Part shown: one piece after another, positions 15,521-29,927 of the stretch | How the letters are laid out: each line of letters begins with the position of its first letter | Position numbering within the stretch: position 1 is the stretch's first letter | Assembly: GCF_009914755.1 (NCBI RefSeq) | Contig: NC_060941.1 | Length of the DNA: 64,000 nt | Direction: 5' to 3' (one strand) | Source of the DNA: the human T2T-CHM13v2.0 reference genome, Homo sapiens | The notes under the pieces: generated by a model | What the model saw: only the letters and a program-made list of their open reading frames with translations | The model's database searches: none | Told to the model about the DNA's origin: nothing | Made by a program: the position numbers and the translations under genes

Positions 15521-15674
15521 AAATATGGTTTTGAAGTACTCCAGTAAGTTCTGTACTCTTTACAAGAATGCAGCTAAATATAAAATGAGCACATATATAC
15601 ACAAAAGTGTTATAAAATGAACTTTAGATGTATTAATTAATTGTTGTGCATTAAAAAACATTTATCTTCTAAAT

Positions 15675-16012
15675 CAGGGGTCCCCAACCTCCAAGCCACA
15701 GACTGGCAGAGTTCTGTGACCTATTAGGAACCCAGTAGCACAGCAGGAGGTGAGTGGCAGGCAGGCAAGCATTATTGCTGAGCTCCGCCTCCTGTCAATC
15801 AGATCAGCAGTGGCATTAGATTCTCACAGGAGCACAAACCCTATTGTGAACTGCACAGGTGAGGGATCTAGGTTGCACAACCCTCTGAGACTCTAACTAG
15901 TGCCTAATGATTTGAGATGGAACAGTTTCATCCAGAAACCATCCCCCAACCCCATGGAAAAATTGTCTTCCAAGAAACCAGTCCCTGGTGCCAAAAAGGT
16001 TGGGGATTGCTG
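15675..16012 (+). mobile_element. MER1B (hAT-Charlie), near full length
   Basis: Termini caggggtccccaacc…ggttggggattgctg; internal gcattagattctca…aaccctattgtgaactgc. Confidence 0.9.
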
Positions 16013-16053
16013 TTTTAAGTTATGCATTCACATATTTATATGTGTTTGCAAAG

Positions 16054-16160
16054 ATATACACATATATATATATATATAATATATATATACACACACATAT
16101 ATATACACACATACATATATACATATATACACACACATATATGTGTGTGTACATAGATAT
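16054..16160. repeat. (TA)/(CA) compound low-complexity repeat
   Basis: Direct reading. Confidence 0.9.
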
Positions 16161-16806
16161 AGAATTAAAATGGCAGTCCTTATTTCTGGCTAGTATGCTT
16201 ATAGGAGGCACTTCATTTTTCCTTTCAATTTTCTGTTTTCTAAATATTTTTTCATTTAGACATAGTGAAGATATACTGATTGAAAGACTACTAACTGTAG
16301 TAACGACTATAGAAACAAATGGCTTTTGTGTATGTCTCACTGCACTAAATTAGGAGACACATATTGTTACGTTGTCTCACAGTGGGTGAAACTTGGTTAA
16401 AATGGGACTGCTCAATGGCTTTATTGTCACATACATTTTCCATTAATAATTATTATTCAATAACTTAAATCCATTATAGTAAAACTAGGTGAAGTCAATG
16501 CCACTTTGTAAGATGTCCAAGTTCTTTGTTGTATTATTTGAGGTTAATATCATTTTTGCCTTGTTAATATATCATTTCACTTATGTCTTCTGTACCATGA
16601 GAAAATTAATCTATGTTTTCCCCCACCTTTTAATTTCAATAATGATTCTGCCCGTTACAGTCTACTTTCAGGTGCCACCTAAAGTGATAATTAGTATCTA
16701 TTGATCTAATATGATCATCCTTTTTACCTATCACAGGACTTTTCTCCTTACACACCCCATCCATTTCATCAAAAGAAAGGGGGTGTTGCTTATAACGAGT
16801 TCACCT

Positions 16807-17253
16807 GCTTGTCAATTGAGATGGTGGAAAGAAAGAGATGGTTCATTCAGTGTGACTATTTACAAAGGGGTGAGCAGGGTGTCGGGGAATGCAAAAAAAA
16901 AAAAAAAATGTAATACTTTGTGAGTAGTAAGAGTAGGGTTTTGTTAAAATCCCTAGACCTGAATGTGTAAAGGAGAGAGGGAGACAGAGAGCTGTGATAA
17001 TAGCACTGCCGGGCAGGACCTGTGATCCTCAAGGGAAGGTCACAGCCACGTGTTAACCCAACATGGATGAAGCCAGAGGAGTACATACCAGGTGGACCTT
17101 CCCCTTTTCCTCTAATATTCCACCATTGTTCTCCATTGACAGGAATCCTAATGGGACCCAAGTAGTGTCATCCTACAGGCCAGCTTCCCTGGCTCAGAGG
17201 CAGTGTGGGGAAAAGATAGAGGATCAGCAGGGCCAAATGGGAGATTCCAGCAC
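16807..17253 (-). mobile_element. LTR33-like ERVL LTR
   Basis: gactatttacaaaggggtgagcaggg…cctagacctgaa…gggccaaatgggagattccagcac resembles antisense LTR33. Confidence 0.65.
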
Positions 17254-17296
17254 CCTCTCCTTGGGGATTTGACTTCTATCTGATAAGCCCTTCAGA

Positions 17297-17472
17297 GCAG
17301 GGTTATTAAACTTCTGTGAGCCACAGACCCTTTTGAGAATTGAAAACTAATAATCTGTCGACCCAGAGACATGCACATGATAACATACACACACACAAAT
17401 GTGGCATGCACTTTTAGGGAGCATTCCATAGTTCCTTGAGTCCATCCTAAGTCTCAGGTTAAGAAAGTCTGC
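17297..17472. mobile_element. Short hAT-type non-autonomous DNA transposon
   Basis: cagggttattaaac…gacccttttgagaat…caggttaagaaagtctg termini. Confidence 0.55.
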
Positions 17473-17723
17473 TGTAGTATTAGTAAGATTTAGGAATCTT
17501 ATTTTTGTCTCACATGAAGCTGTTAATTCTCCTTTCTTTGGTGAAATTCAAAAGATCCAAATAAAGGTGTATTTTATCCAGCTTTGTGGTCTCCATGCCA
17601 ATCATATAGATTGTCTGGAAAATGTCCAGAATATCAAGGCAAAACTTGTCAAGAAATCCACATTTGGCAATTGTATCAATAGGAAAACAATTTACAAGCA
17701 TTTATTTAAAAAATACATTTACA

Positions 17724-18039
17724 GGCTGGGTGCGTTGGCTCATGCCTATAATCCAGCACTTTGGGAGGCAGAGACAGGCAGATCACGAGGTCAGGAGATC
17801 AAGACCATCCTGGCTAACACGTCAGGGACGTGTTACCCCGTCTCTACTAAAAATACAAAAAAAAGAAAAAAAAAATAGCCAGGCGTGGTGCTGGGCGCCT
17901 GTAGTCCTAGCTATTCAGGAGGCTGAGGCAGGAAAATGGGGTGAACCCAGGAGGCGGAGTTTGCAGTGAGCCGAGATTGTGCCACTGCACTCCGGCCTGG
18001 GAGACAGAGCGAGACTCAGACTCAAAAAAACAAAACAAA
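17724..18039 (+). mobile_element. AluY carrying an internal hairpin substitution
   Basis: Y diagnostics, TSD acatttaca; non-consensus segment at ~17822-17835. Confidence 0.93.
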
Positions 18040-18903
18040 ACATTTACAGGAGTTAAGAGTTTTAAATGGAGGTAATATGCAAATAACAGTATTAAATGGC
18101 TTTTAGTTAAACTATTCTTTTTCACTATAACTGCAGGCCAAAGACATAGTTCTCAGTTCAAAGCCATTTGTTAGACAACCAACTCTTCTATTACAAACTC
18201 TTCTAGAAGATAATTTGGAGGTGGGCTGTATTAACTAGAGATGTTTCTAAAGAAAAGTCTTTCAAGTTTTGGAAAACCGTTGAAGTATTTTTGTCATTGG
18301 ATTTCTATCAGAGGCACAAGTATGTGTCCTACACCAATGACTGGTGCTTCATTAGGGGTATATCCATACATACCCATAAGGATATATATATGGATCATGG
18401 CCAGGCCCTAAGGGAAAGGCTGAAATCTGTGTAGCAATATAACTGTCAGATTGACACAGGAATGGGTCTGTTGATATTAACCTGGCTAATCATTTTGCTA
18501 ATTGGACAGCCAGTTGGGCCACAGTGCAAAGTCAGATCAGTTTTCACTTTAACTACTCACACAGATGATGTTTGACTCAAATGTATTACTTTATATCAAC
18601 ACACTGAATGGCTGTAAAAATAATACCACATGTGCTGCTGCCTCTTTTTAATAAGTGTCTTCCTCAATTTTCCCTGTTATAATAGAGATTTTAACACACA
18701 AAAATTAAAGGTTATTTGGAGGATATCAGTTGAAAAATGCACCCATAGGATTCTGGAAATTAATCTGGCTACCAGTGCATCTCCTAACATAACTGCTTTA
18801 TCGCTTGTCTCCACTTTAAGCAGCTCTCATTCAAATTGACTACCTTTGATTTGCTGCTGAAGGAGCACTGTGACCTTTCTCTCTGCTTTCTTCATCCACA
18901 TAA

Positions 18904-19257
<354 letters not shown>

Positions 19258-20500
19258 CATTTATTTCTTTTATTAGCAAATTTTCACCTGAAAAATTAAA
19301 GAAAAAATTGCAAGTTTCCGATGTAGAGATGAATTAGCAATTAAAGCCAGATTGTTGTCTGCCAGTTATAGAAGACACCCCTCAAAGCAAGGAATTTTGC
19401 AGTGGGTTTAGACAAAAGCATCAGAATTATTGTTCATATTTCAGATCAATTGAATTATTGTGACATGAAAACTAGTTAGACGAAAAGTTTTAAAACTAGA
19501 AATAAAGCTTTGCTAATGTTCACAAAATTATTAAAAAGAGTTACGTCTTCAAAAATGAGTTGACTATAATTAATAAGAGTTGCAGCATTTTTTGGCTAGG
19601 TAGCTTGCTACCTTATGGGAATAAAACTGCTCTCAAAATTTTGTGTTTGTTTCTTTAAAAGATTTGTTTGTTTTAAAAGAATTATTTAGGCCCTTTAGTC
19701 TTTTCGATGACTGGAATATTCATCATGTTACTTTATAATTAATGATCAAAACTTCCACCACGTCAAACTCTCAACTAGGAATCGAGAAAATTGATCTATT
19801 TATGCTTCATCTTCTTTATTTCTCCTGTTTAATGTATAGTGAAATGAACAGTGAAACAAATGGCGGAAAGAGAATCTTTCTGCAGTGATACATCTTGGTA
19901 CTGTGGGAAAAGCTTATCCACATGGAAAAATATATCATCCTGAAGAATGATTGACTTTGAATGTTTGCATTGGGCTGAATAGAACATTATCACAAGTTGT
20001 CCTACCAGATTCTTTAATAAGTAAAAAAGGAAAAATATATATATATAGATAATGGTAATAAATTTGCTTCTGCTGTTTCCTCTCCCTGAAATTTCCTTTT
20101 CCTTCCCATGTTCACCCATCCTTATCAAGACTGCCTGGGTGATTCCAAGTTCTCTTGCCTAAAGCTCCATTTGATTCTCTCCAAAGAGAATTATTCTTCT
20201 CATCTTCTGCCACCAAAGCTTTTCATAGCTTGATCTCCTTGATCTTTTCATGTCATAAGCCTCAAATGCTTTATATGGTCTCACGAGCTGTTATCTTACT
20301 AAGTTCATTTATAATATGGTTTTCTAATGGCTAACGACTTTCTTCTCTTGTAAAACTCTTGAGGATATAAAACATCTTTTTCTTAGAATTACTTTTGCAC
20401 AGAACACTACTTTCCTTTCAGATAATAGGTCATCAAGAAATTATCAGTGCATCCAATTGGCACCCAATTATAATAACATTTTTCAATTTTTAAAATTGGG

Positions 20501-20514
20501 CTCTCTCTCTCTCT

Positions 20515-20546
<32 letters not shown>
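20501..20546. repeat. (CT)n(CA)n microsatellite
   Basis: Direct reading. Confidence 0.95.
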
Positions 20547-20553
<7 letters not shown>

Positions 20554-20591
20554 TGCTCCAAGCAAGTATGAAACCCACCAGGGAAGACATT

Positions 20592-21930
20592 AAATCTTAA
20601 AGCTAGGGAATAATCTCTTTTGACTGCACATATCACCTTTTGGACACACTGGGGTGGGGGTTGGAAGGCCACAGGCAGCCCTGTCCCTGTGGCTTTGATG
20701 GATGCAACCCAAGCAGCTGCTTATATAGGTTGAGTTGAGTGCCTGAAGCTTTCTTTCCCAGATGGGTTTTGCATGTTGTTGGGGACTTCGCAGTTCTGGG
20801 GGCCTGGTGGTGGTCTGTTCCCATGGCAACACTGTGCATTGTTCTGGTGGAGAGTCTCTGTGGCACCTTAGTCACCTTTCTGCTCAACATTGCTCTAGTA
20901 GGGGCTCTCTTTGGTGGCTCTGCCCCAACACAAGTCCTTGGCCGAGCCCCCAGGCTTTCTACAACATCCTTTGAAGTGTGGCTATGAAGCCTCTGCAGCT
21001 CTTGCTTTCTGTAACCCTGCAGGATTAGCAGCAGGTGAAAGCCACCAAGGTATATGACTTGTACCTTCTAGAGATGCAGCAGGAGCTACACCTGGATCCA
21101 TCAGAGCCATGGGTGGGATGTGGGAACTGTCTTGAGATAGCCATAGACAGGGAACCTAAGTCCATGGAGAGTGGCCTAGTTCTATTCCCTGAAAGCATTC
21201 TGCTCTTGTAGGCCTCTGGGCTTGTGATGGGAGAAGCAGCATCAAAGAACTCTGAAATGCCTCTGGGGTCTTTCTTCCATTGTCTGGAGGAATAGGACCT
21301 ATATCCTTCTGCCCATGCTAATCCCTTTAGCAAATGGCTGCAGGGCTACACCCGTGGTTTCCAAACCTTAAAACAGTTTTCACTCTTTACATGACCAAGC
21401 AGAGAATTTTCTAAGTCTTACCCCCCTGCTTTTCTTTTATTTATAAATTTTGTTTTTAAATTATCACTTTGCTCTTAAGTCTCACCATTAGTGGCCAGAA
21501 GTAACCATGGAGCTTCTTATAAATTTTGCTTAGAAATTTTTTTCTGCCAGATACCTGAGTGTATCACTCTCAAGTTCTGTCTTCTACAAAGTCCTCAGGC
21601 ATGGACATAGTTCAGCGAATTTCTTTGCCAATTCATAACAAGGATGGTCTTTACTCCAGTTTCTAATACCTTGCTCCACAGTGCTATCTGAAACTCCATC
21701 AGACTGGCCTTTACTGTCCATATTTCTATAAACATTCTGGCCACAACCACTTCATCAATCTCTAAGAAATTCCAGACTTTCTCTAGTTTTCTTATCTTCT
21801 AAGCCCTCACCAGAATCTAGCCTGTTCCTTCAAATTCTTCCAACTTCCACCTACCACTTAACTCCCAAGCTACATCTACATTTTTAGGTGTTCATTATCA
21901 GCAACGTTCTACTTCTTAGCACCAATTTCC
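20592..21930 (-). mobile_element. MaLR (MST-type) internal sequence
   Basis: aatcttaaagct…cctgtggctttg…gggtctttcttccattgtct…accaatttcc directly abutting an MST LTR. Confidence 0.85.
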
Positions 21931-22326
21931 TATCTTAGTCTGATTTTTGTTGCTAAAAACAGAATAGCTGAAATTGGATAACTTAGAAAGAAAGGAATTT
22001 ATTTCATACACTTATGAAGGCTGAGAAGTCCAAGGTCAAGGGGCTGCATCTGGTAAGGGTCTTCTTGCTGATGAGAGCTCTCTGCAGAGTCCTGAGGCAT
22101 TACAAGGCATTGCATGGTGAGGCAGCTGTGTGCAAGCTCAGGTCTCTCTTTCTCTTCTTATAAAGTCACCAGTCCCACTCCCATGATAACCCATTAGTCT
22201 ACTATCCCATTAATGCAGAACCCTCATGACCCAGTTACCTCTTAAGGCCCCGTCTCTCAATAATGCCACATTGGGGCTTACATTTCAACATGAGTTTTGG
22301 TGAGTACAAATATTCAAACCATAGCA
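21931..22326 (-). mobile_element. MST (MSTC/D-like) LTR
   Basis: tatcttagtc…aagtccaaggtcaaggggctgcatctggt…tttcaacatgagttttgg…attcaaaccatagca. Confidence 0.88.
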
Positions 22327-22884
22327 CATGGCCAGGTTAACTTACCAATATTCTTGGCTATAATTGCTGTGGACATATGGAAAACCAGTGTTTTATTCTC
22401 AGAGCTGCAAATGTCTCATGTTAATTTTAGTCATTTGTCCATTCAGTAGCTCAAAGGACTAAACTAAACTTTAAAATTTAGGAAGAAAGATCAGAGCAAG
22501 TTTTGTATTCTATTGACCTCAATGGCTTTAATGTGTTTATTATAAGCCCTTTAAGGAAAGAAATTATTCCTTTCATTAATTTTCCATCATAACATGCTGT
22601 TAATGTTACTTAAATATAATTGAATTAATAAACTAGTGATATAACATTTTTAAGATTGCTATTGCAACTAGATGATATTTTGTGAATTAAAAATATATTA
22701 ATATGACTCTTTAAAATAATGTACTCTGCCTCATTTAGGTATGTAATATATTAGAACCTAAGAACAGAATTGCCTATGGTGATCTCAGCTTGTCTTTAGT
22801 TAAAACAGAAACTATTACTACAGTCCAACACGTTGGATAGTAGAGCGCTGTTCAACCATGTTTACTGCCCACATGAAAAACCCA

Positions 22885-23660
<776 letters not shown>

Positions 23661-25823
23661 CTTTTTGTCTATATCCCTAGAATATAAGTAACTACTGGAA
23701 GTATACTTAGATATGGACTATAGTATATGATTTTGTTCCAAGCTATATAGCAAAATTCAGTAGCACATCATCAATGACTCAAGCTAAATGTAAGTTGAAA
23801 AAGAAGAAATATTTGTTTTTAGCACCTAATTCAAATTTGGGCAAAAGGCAGTGTACTGTGAATACTTATTATAATTTGGTTGAAACTGATCTGATGTGGA
23901 TTTAAGGTGCATTAGAGGTGTTTGGAATTGAAGACAAGGGTCTGTAAAGATAATATATTATTCTAGACTTCATTGCTTCCTTAAAATTGAAACTGTTCTC
24001 CATGATCCTCCTTTGGGAAAGGAGACTTATTCAGAGTGGGGGTTTGCTTGCATTTGGTTGTTCAGCTGTATATCAACTGGCATGGGTTCAGCAGAGGTCT
24101 CTGCCATTTTGCATTCAATCCTCCTGAAAATCACCACCCAAATATCCTACAACAGGGATCAGGCTTCGGTTTAAGTGCTGCTCCGCTCACATACTTGTGT
24201 TCTAGTCATTTAGAAAAGTGTGATTAAAAACCATTATGTGCCCTAACAGATGTGACCTTGAAGAGTCTACTAAGGTTTAAAAAAAAAAAAAAAAAGGTGC
24301 AAAGCAATAGTGGTTAGACTAACACCAGGAAAGTATTATATGAGCTGAACCACATTGAACAACTTCTCATTGATTACTACCTTCTGTTTCAAGAAAAATA
24401 CCACGATGTTTAAGAATGAGCTGCAGTGTTCTTACATCAGTCCCCTTTCCCCATCTCACTACTTCCCTGGTTCTAACGAGGAAGAAATTAAACATAGATG
24501 GTTGCTGAATTTTAAATGCTGTTCATTGAAGAGGAATTATTGGATTGTTACCATCTTCATTTCCTCTAGTCTCAGATAATTTAATCCATGTGCCAAGAAA
24601 ATACAAAACAAACAAAATAAAGCCATGGAAACCATTTAGAAAATAAGATCTTTTTATTTAAAAAATCTCTCTTGTAAACAGTAAAGTAATCTTAGGAAAC
24701 AAGTTAGCTACCTTTTATTAAGCATACTGCTCCTGTTGACTGAGAGTTTTGCTAATTTCCCTGAGAGTTTACAAAAGCATCTCAGTGTTTCATATCTAAT
24801 GTAATATGCTGTACCTTGTCCACAAATATGGAACTACTTAGTTACCAGTGTTAAAACATGTAATATAAATTGTCAATACAGCAGGAGAGCTTTTTTTAAC
24901 TAGTAATACTCTTTCCTATTTGTAATGATTAATAGATTATTCTGCTCTTCTCTCCACAAATATTTTGGTCCTACTCGTGACCAAAGATATATATTTATGA
25001 CATCTCTTGAGCAAAGGATGGAGTCTGTAAGCCTGAGAACTGGACAACTGAACTTGGATTCAATAATACCAGGCATAAAATATAATATAGTTTCCTGGAA
25101 AAAGTCTATTAGCAATACAAATATGTGCTTCACGAAAGTTTGTAGAAAAATCAGAATAAACTATTTTTTCCTCAATTATCATGCTGAATAATGTGTTTTA
25201 TCTTCAATTTTATTTTATTTGATATGGATTTATAGCATGCATAGATATTTTAAGCAATATGACTATAAAATAGGGCTGTTGCACATTGCAGACGGTAACT
25301 GTGAATACCTTGCATTGCAAAGAATGAAACTTAAAGAAAAGTAATCCTATTATAGTAAAGGCTTTATACATTGCACAATGTTTTGTTAAATTATTAGCAC
25401 TTTTCAGATACTATCAAGTAAAAAGATATTATATAGTTTGAGACAACTTTTTTTAAGCTAAAAATAAAATTTATTTAAATGGTCCTTGATATATCCTGTA
25501 AAACAAGAGAGAGGTAAAAATACCAGTAGTAATTATACCCAACTCTTGCAAATTTAAGTAGATTTGTTGTTTGAAATAAGCCCCCACAAACAAAGTTGCC
25601 TGCCTCTTCTAACAATGGCCAATTTAAAAATTACTTTGAAGTTTACAAATAGTAGTCTGTTAATGTGGGTAATTAAAACAACATAGCATTTCATTTTAAT
25701 TATTGAATTAGTATGTGTCATGAGGGTGTAAACCAGGGACCTGTGGAAAATCAGAGTCAGGACAATGTTATCAAAGAATTGAGGAAAGTAGTTACGGTTG
25801 AGCCAAAGACACTTCATCATTTA

Positions 25824-25887
25824 TTAAGTTGGTGCAAAAGTAATTGCGGTTTTTGCCATTACTGCAACTATTTTTGCACCAACCGAA
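25824..25887. mobile_element. MADE1 (Hsmar1-derived MITE), internally deleted
   Basis: 27-bp imperfect inverted arms (…gttggtgcaaaagtaattgcgg…/…ttttgcaccaacc…), TA on both sides. Confidence 0.9.
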
Positions 25888-26594
25888 TAGTTAAGTCATC
25901 TTTGTTCTTGAGGCAAACTGAGAATTAATGGTATCCCTCAGACAAGAGTTAAAAACTCATCATATAAGCACAAAAGAAACAGGAAGCTAAAGGATTGTTT
26001 TTTAAATCAGCAGGTTCAAGATGGCACCCTCCATCAGACTTCTGTGTTCCCAGCCCCACCGCACCAAGGCCTCTAGTAGAAGCTAGCAAAGAAAGTCATA
26101 AGCTCACCACACGTAGCTCATAAAAACATGGGGTGGTAAATATAATTCATTTACACGCAGTACCTAGCAACGATTCAGAGCAATTTTAAGATTTCCAAGG
26201 ATGCCAGAGGAATGCAGGTGAATGTGATGACTTGTAAGGTGCTTTGAAGCTCAAGGGTAGACTTGTCATGGGGCAGGGAAGACAGCAAAACCCAGGATAA
26301 CTTCTTTATAACTCAGAGACATTGGTGCCAATATCGACTGCTGAGTGAAAATGTACAGTTGGAAGATACCGTGTTTGAGCTGGCTAGACAGAAATTAATT
26401 CTTGGATATCCTACATACAAGAACTCATTCTTTTCTTTCTAAATTTGTATTTCCTAAAGAATATATTAGGAATGTTCCCAGAATGTTCTCTGAAAGGTCT
26501 AAAATCTTGCTTGGTAGAATACTTTATATAGGGTCTTTTGATGGTGAGGGGGTAAGAGATTTTTGTGGGAAAGTGGGAAAAATAGAGGATAAGG

Positions 26595-26820
26595 GAGTAA
26601 GAAGATTGTAGTTAAAACAAAAAAAGTCTAGGTCTTAAAATTGCATCTGTCCTTCAACTTCAACTATTATCTAATCCTTGGCAAATCACTTCCCCCATCA
26701 GAACCTCGGTTCCCTCATGAGCAAAATGAAAATAATAATGACTTAGAGAACTCTTGACAAGAATCACATGAAACAATGTCTGTAAAAGGCCTAATGGAAT
26801 ATAGTACTCTTAATTTTTCA
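26595..26820 (+). mobile_element. MIR
   Basis: ccttggcaaatcactt…cctcggttccctcat…aaaatgaaaataataat core. Confidence 0.7.
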
Positions 26821-27941
26821 TTTCATTAAATTCCTTTGAAAATTCCTAATCTGTCTTTCCTGAAATGAAGGTAGAGTATAGTACTATATTTTTTCGTTAT
26901 CTATTTTGGTTAAAATTTGAATAGGAAACAGTATGAACCCAGACAGGCCAAATGTAGTAGTGATACCCAGACTGTATGTGTGCTTGAAACTAAGAACACT
27001 TAAAGAAGGCAAGAAGTAAAGAACTCCCATCATGCCTAGAGGTAGCACAGCCTTCCTGCATGGATATTTCAACAGAAAGTTCACAGTTCTTGTAGGAATT
27101 GGTGCCACTCTGTATTTCTATGTCTTATAATTGCTAAAAGGAATAGATAAGCAGTGCAGTGGATGGGTTTATTTTCAAGTGTTCTTAGTGCATAGGATAG
27201 GGTTTGTAATGATAAGATAATGTTAAGAAAAATCCATAAAATAGGAGAATGAGAGAGTGAGGGGAGAAGGTAAAACTCATTCTGTTCTTGTTCTCTGAGG
27301 TGAAGCTTGATTGAAATTTTCTGTGGGTGAGTTGTTACGTGAAGCATAGTTCTAGAAGGTGGTGAGAAGTTAGGAATATACGCATCTCTGTTTCACTCCA
27401 GCCCAGTAAGTCTTGACTGTACAGCTATAAGAAAACTCTGTATTATATATGTAAAACCCCATCGCCCAAAGATAACTTCCAAATTAAAGAAATATTTTTC
27501 TTCTCTCTTTAACTATAGGAGATCTTGAAACCTTTTTGCGATGCATTTCCTTCTACTCTGTCCTCTAGCAGTCACTAAATAATACGCTTTTACCTACAGA
27601 TGGAAGCAAGTTTGATTTTAAATGAGGACAATTTAGATAAACTTTGGGACCTGTGTAAAATGATATTTAGAATATTCACGAATTCTGATTTCACACAGTT
27701 TTCAACAATAACACTTTTGTATTTAAGCCAATATGATTATCTTTAGAATACTAACTATTCCCTCTAATAATAAAACTTTTTTTTAAAATTACACATAGTG
27801 TTACAAGTTTTTACAACTTATATAAGATTATTGACATTGACTCAACCCATATTTTGACACCATTACCCATACATGCAAGACATATGTTTGTGGAGATACA
27901 CAGTAATAATCTACCTTATAGTTTACAAACTTGGATTTTAG

Positions 27942-28241
27942 TTTCTTTTGTTCTCTTTCAGACAAGATCCAACTCCTGTTACCTAGGCTGGCGTGCAGTG
28001 GTGTAATACTGGCTCACTGCAGTCTCAACTTCCTGGGCTCGGGCGATTCTCCGACCTCAGCCTCCCTGGTAGCTGAGACTACAGGCATGCACCACCATGC
28101 CTGGCTAATGTTTGTATTTGTAGTAGAGAAGAGGTTTTGCCTTACTGCCCAGGCTGGTCTCAAACTCCTGGGCTCAAGCAATCTGCCTGCTTCAGTCTCC
28201 CAAAGTGCTAGGATTACAGGCATAAGCCACTGCGCCTGGCC
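27942..28241 (-). mobile_element. AluJ
   Basis: Antisense Alu with J diagnostics (ctcctgggctcaagcaatc). Confidence 0.92.
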
Positions 28242-29911
28242 TAGTCTTTATTTATTTATCTATTTTTAACGAAAGACATTGATATCTCTCTCTTCTAACA
28301 ATGATGGTACTGGTATATGATATGTCAACTACACTCCTGCAGAGCTGCAAGTATGTTAGCCTTGGTAAATGAGAGACATGAGTAAACATTGATCATATGG
28401 CAGATATCTGACAACTTACAGATAAATCTATATTTGTAAAAAAAAGTTATTCTCAATTTTTTTTTGCTTTGTTATATTTCACTTAAATGGGGGAACCAAA
28501 AAAGTACATGTAAAAGTAGTTATTCAGGCTAAGAGTTCATAATATTAAAAGAGCTTTGCTTATTTTGGGAAATTTTGCACTGATAAAAAAAGGCATACGA
28601 AGACTAAGTTAATAAAAATTTATTTATAGTTAAAATACATGTGTGATTATAAATGTCTATCCCTATATTGCAACATTTAATTAGTATGAATACATCCAAG
28701 TTTAGGTCTTCTTGCATATTCAATATGGTAAGTATTGTTTCAAAATGCTTTAAAGAAAATGTTTAAAATAGTTTACTATGAATTAAAATATTTAGCAGCC
28801 ATGAAGGGATAAGATATAAGGACTTAAATTGTTATTTTGTTCTTTAAATAAATACATTGAACTGATTACAATATTTTTATACATTTTGATGTAACAAATT
28901 ACTTCATGGGATATAACAGGAAACCAAGCTAATTTTCCATCAATTGCACTGTTGAAGATTGTCCTACTGTAATATTTTGATTTTAGGGCATTAGGACTTA
29001 TTTCTAGCAGAATACGGGAATAGAAGTATTCAGCTCTGACATGATCATTCGTTTCTGTCTCAGGACCTAGGTACATTTTAATAGATGGGATGAGAGAGAA
29101 AGGGCTGTTTTGTCTCTCAAGGAATTGCTAAACCAGATGTTGAAAAGGGAGGAGAGATTTTTAAATTTTAGTTGAAAAGCAGTATCCAATGAATTAAAAA
29201 CTGATACCCAATCAGTAACAATGCCTCCAGCCACATAGCTTTGGGCACTTCTGAGTCCACCTCTGGCCACTTCTTTACTCCTCCATGAAGTGACTTTTCC
29301 AGGTCACTTCTTGTTGTATATTTGTGGAGGATTTCTACTAGAAGCGTGCAGATCACCATCTGCTCCACAGATCAAAGGCATCCATCTCCTAAGTTCCCCA
29401 CTGAAACAAGGGTCAATGTTGGAAAATTTAATTCAGTGAATGCCACTCATAAAAATGAATTGCAGATTTTAATGAACCTTAATTTTCAAAGGAATTTATT
29501 CTATGATATTTAGCTAAAAATAAAAATACAATAATATAATGGTATAATTAGTTTTCTTAAATTAGTATATTTTCTGTTTGGTGCCTGATAGAGGGAAAAA
29601 TGGCATTGTTGTACTTCGAAGACGTTTTTCTTCATTCTGTCTTAGCAGGCAAACTTTTTTTTTTTTAAATAGTATTTACACATAATGAAATGGTTATAAA
29701 AAATCTAAGCTTATTTTCAACACGTAAAGAGATGTTTCTGAGTGATGTTTGTGTGTTGTAAATTTAAGCAACCTTTCCTTAACTTTGAAATTTTTCAAAC
29801 TTTGTATCTTTGAAAGATTTATGTTAAAAGCTGAAAACATCAAAATTAAGAAGCCGAACCCCCAAATTTCTGATTTTTAAGATGGAAAGCCATCTGAACT
29901 TTTACAGGATT

Positions 29912-29927
29912 CCAACAGGGGGCAGTG
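29912..29927 (+). promoter_or_regulatory. Candidate CTCF site
   Basis: ccaacagggggcagt matches CCASYAGRKGGCRSY at 14/15, in unique sequence. Confidence 0.6.

Noticed and set aside
17510-17701. Possible minus-strand exon ending in GTGAG
   Set aside because: Modest splice sites and no recognisable peptide.
28792-29368. Chain of minus-strand ORFs suggesting a frameshifted pseudogene
   Set aside because: No recognisable domain, poly-A tail or TSD.
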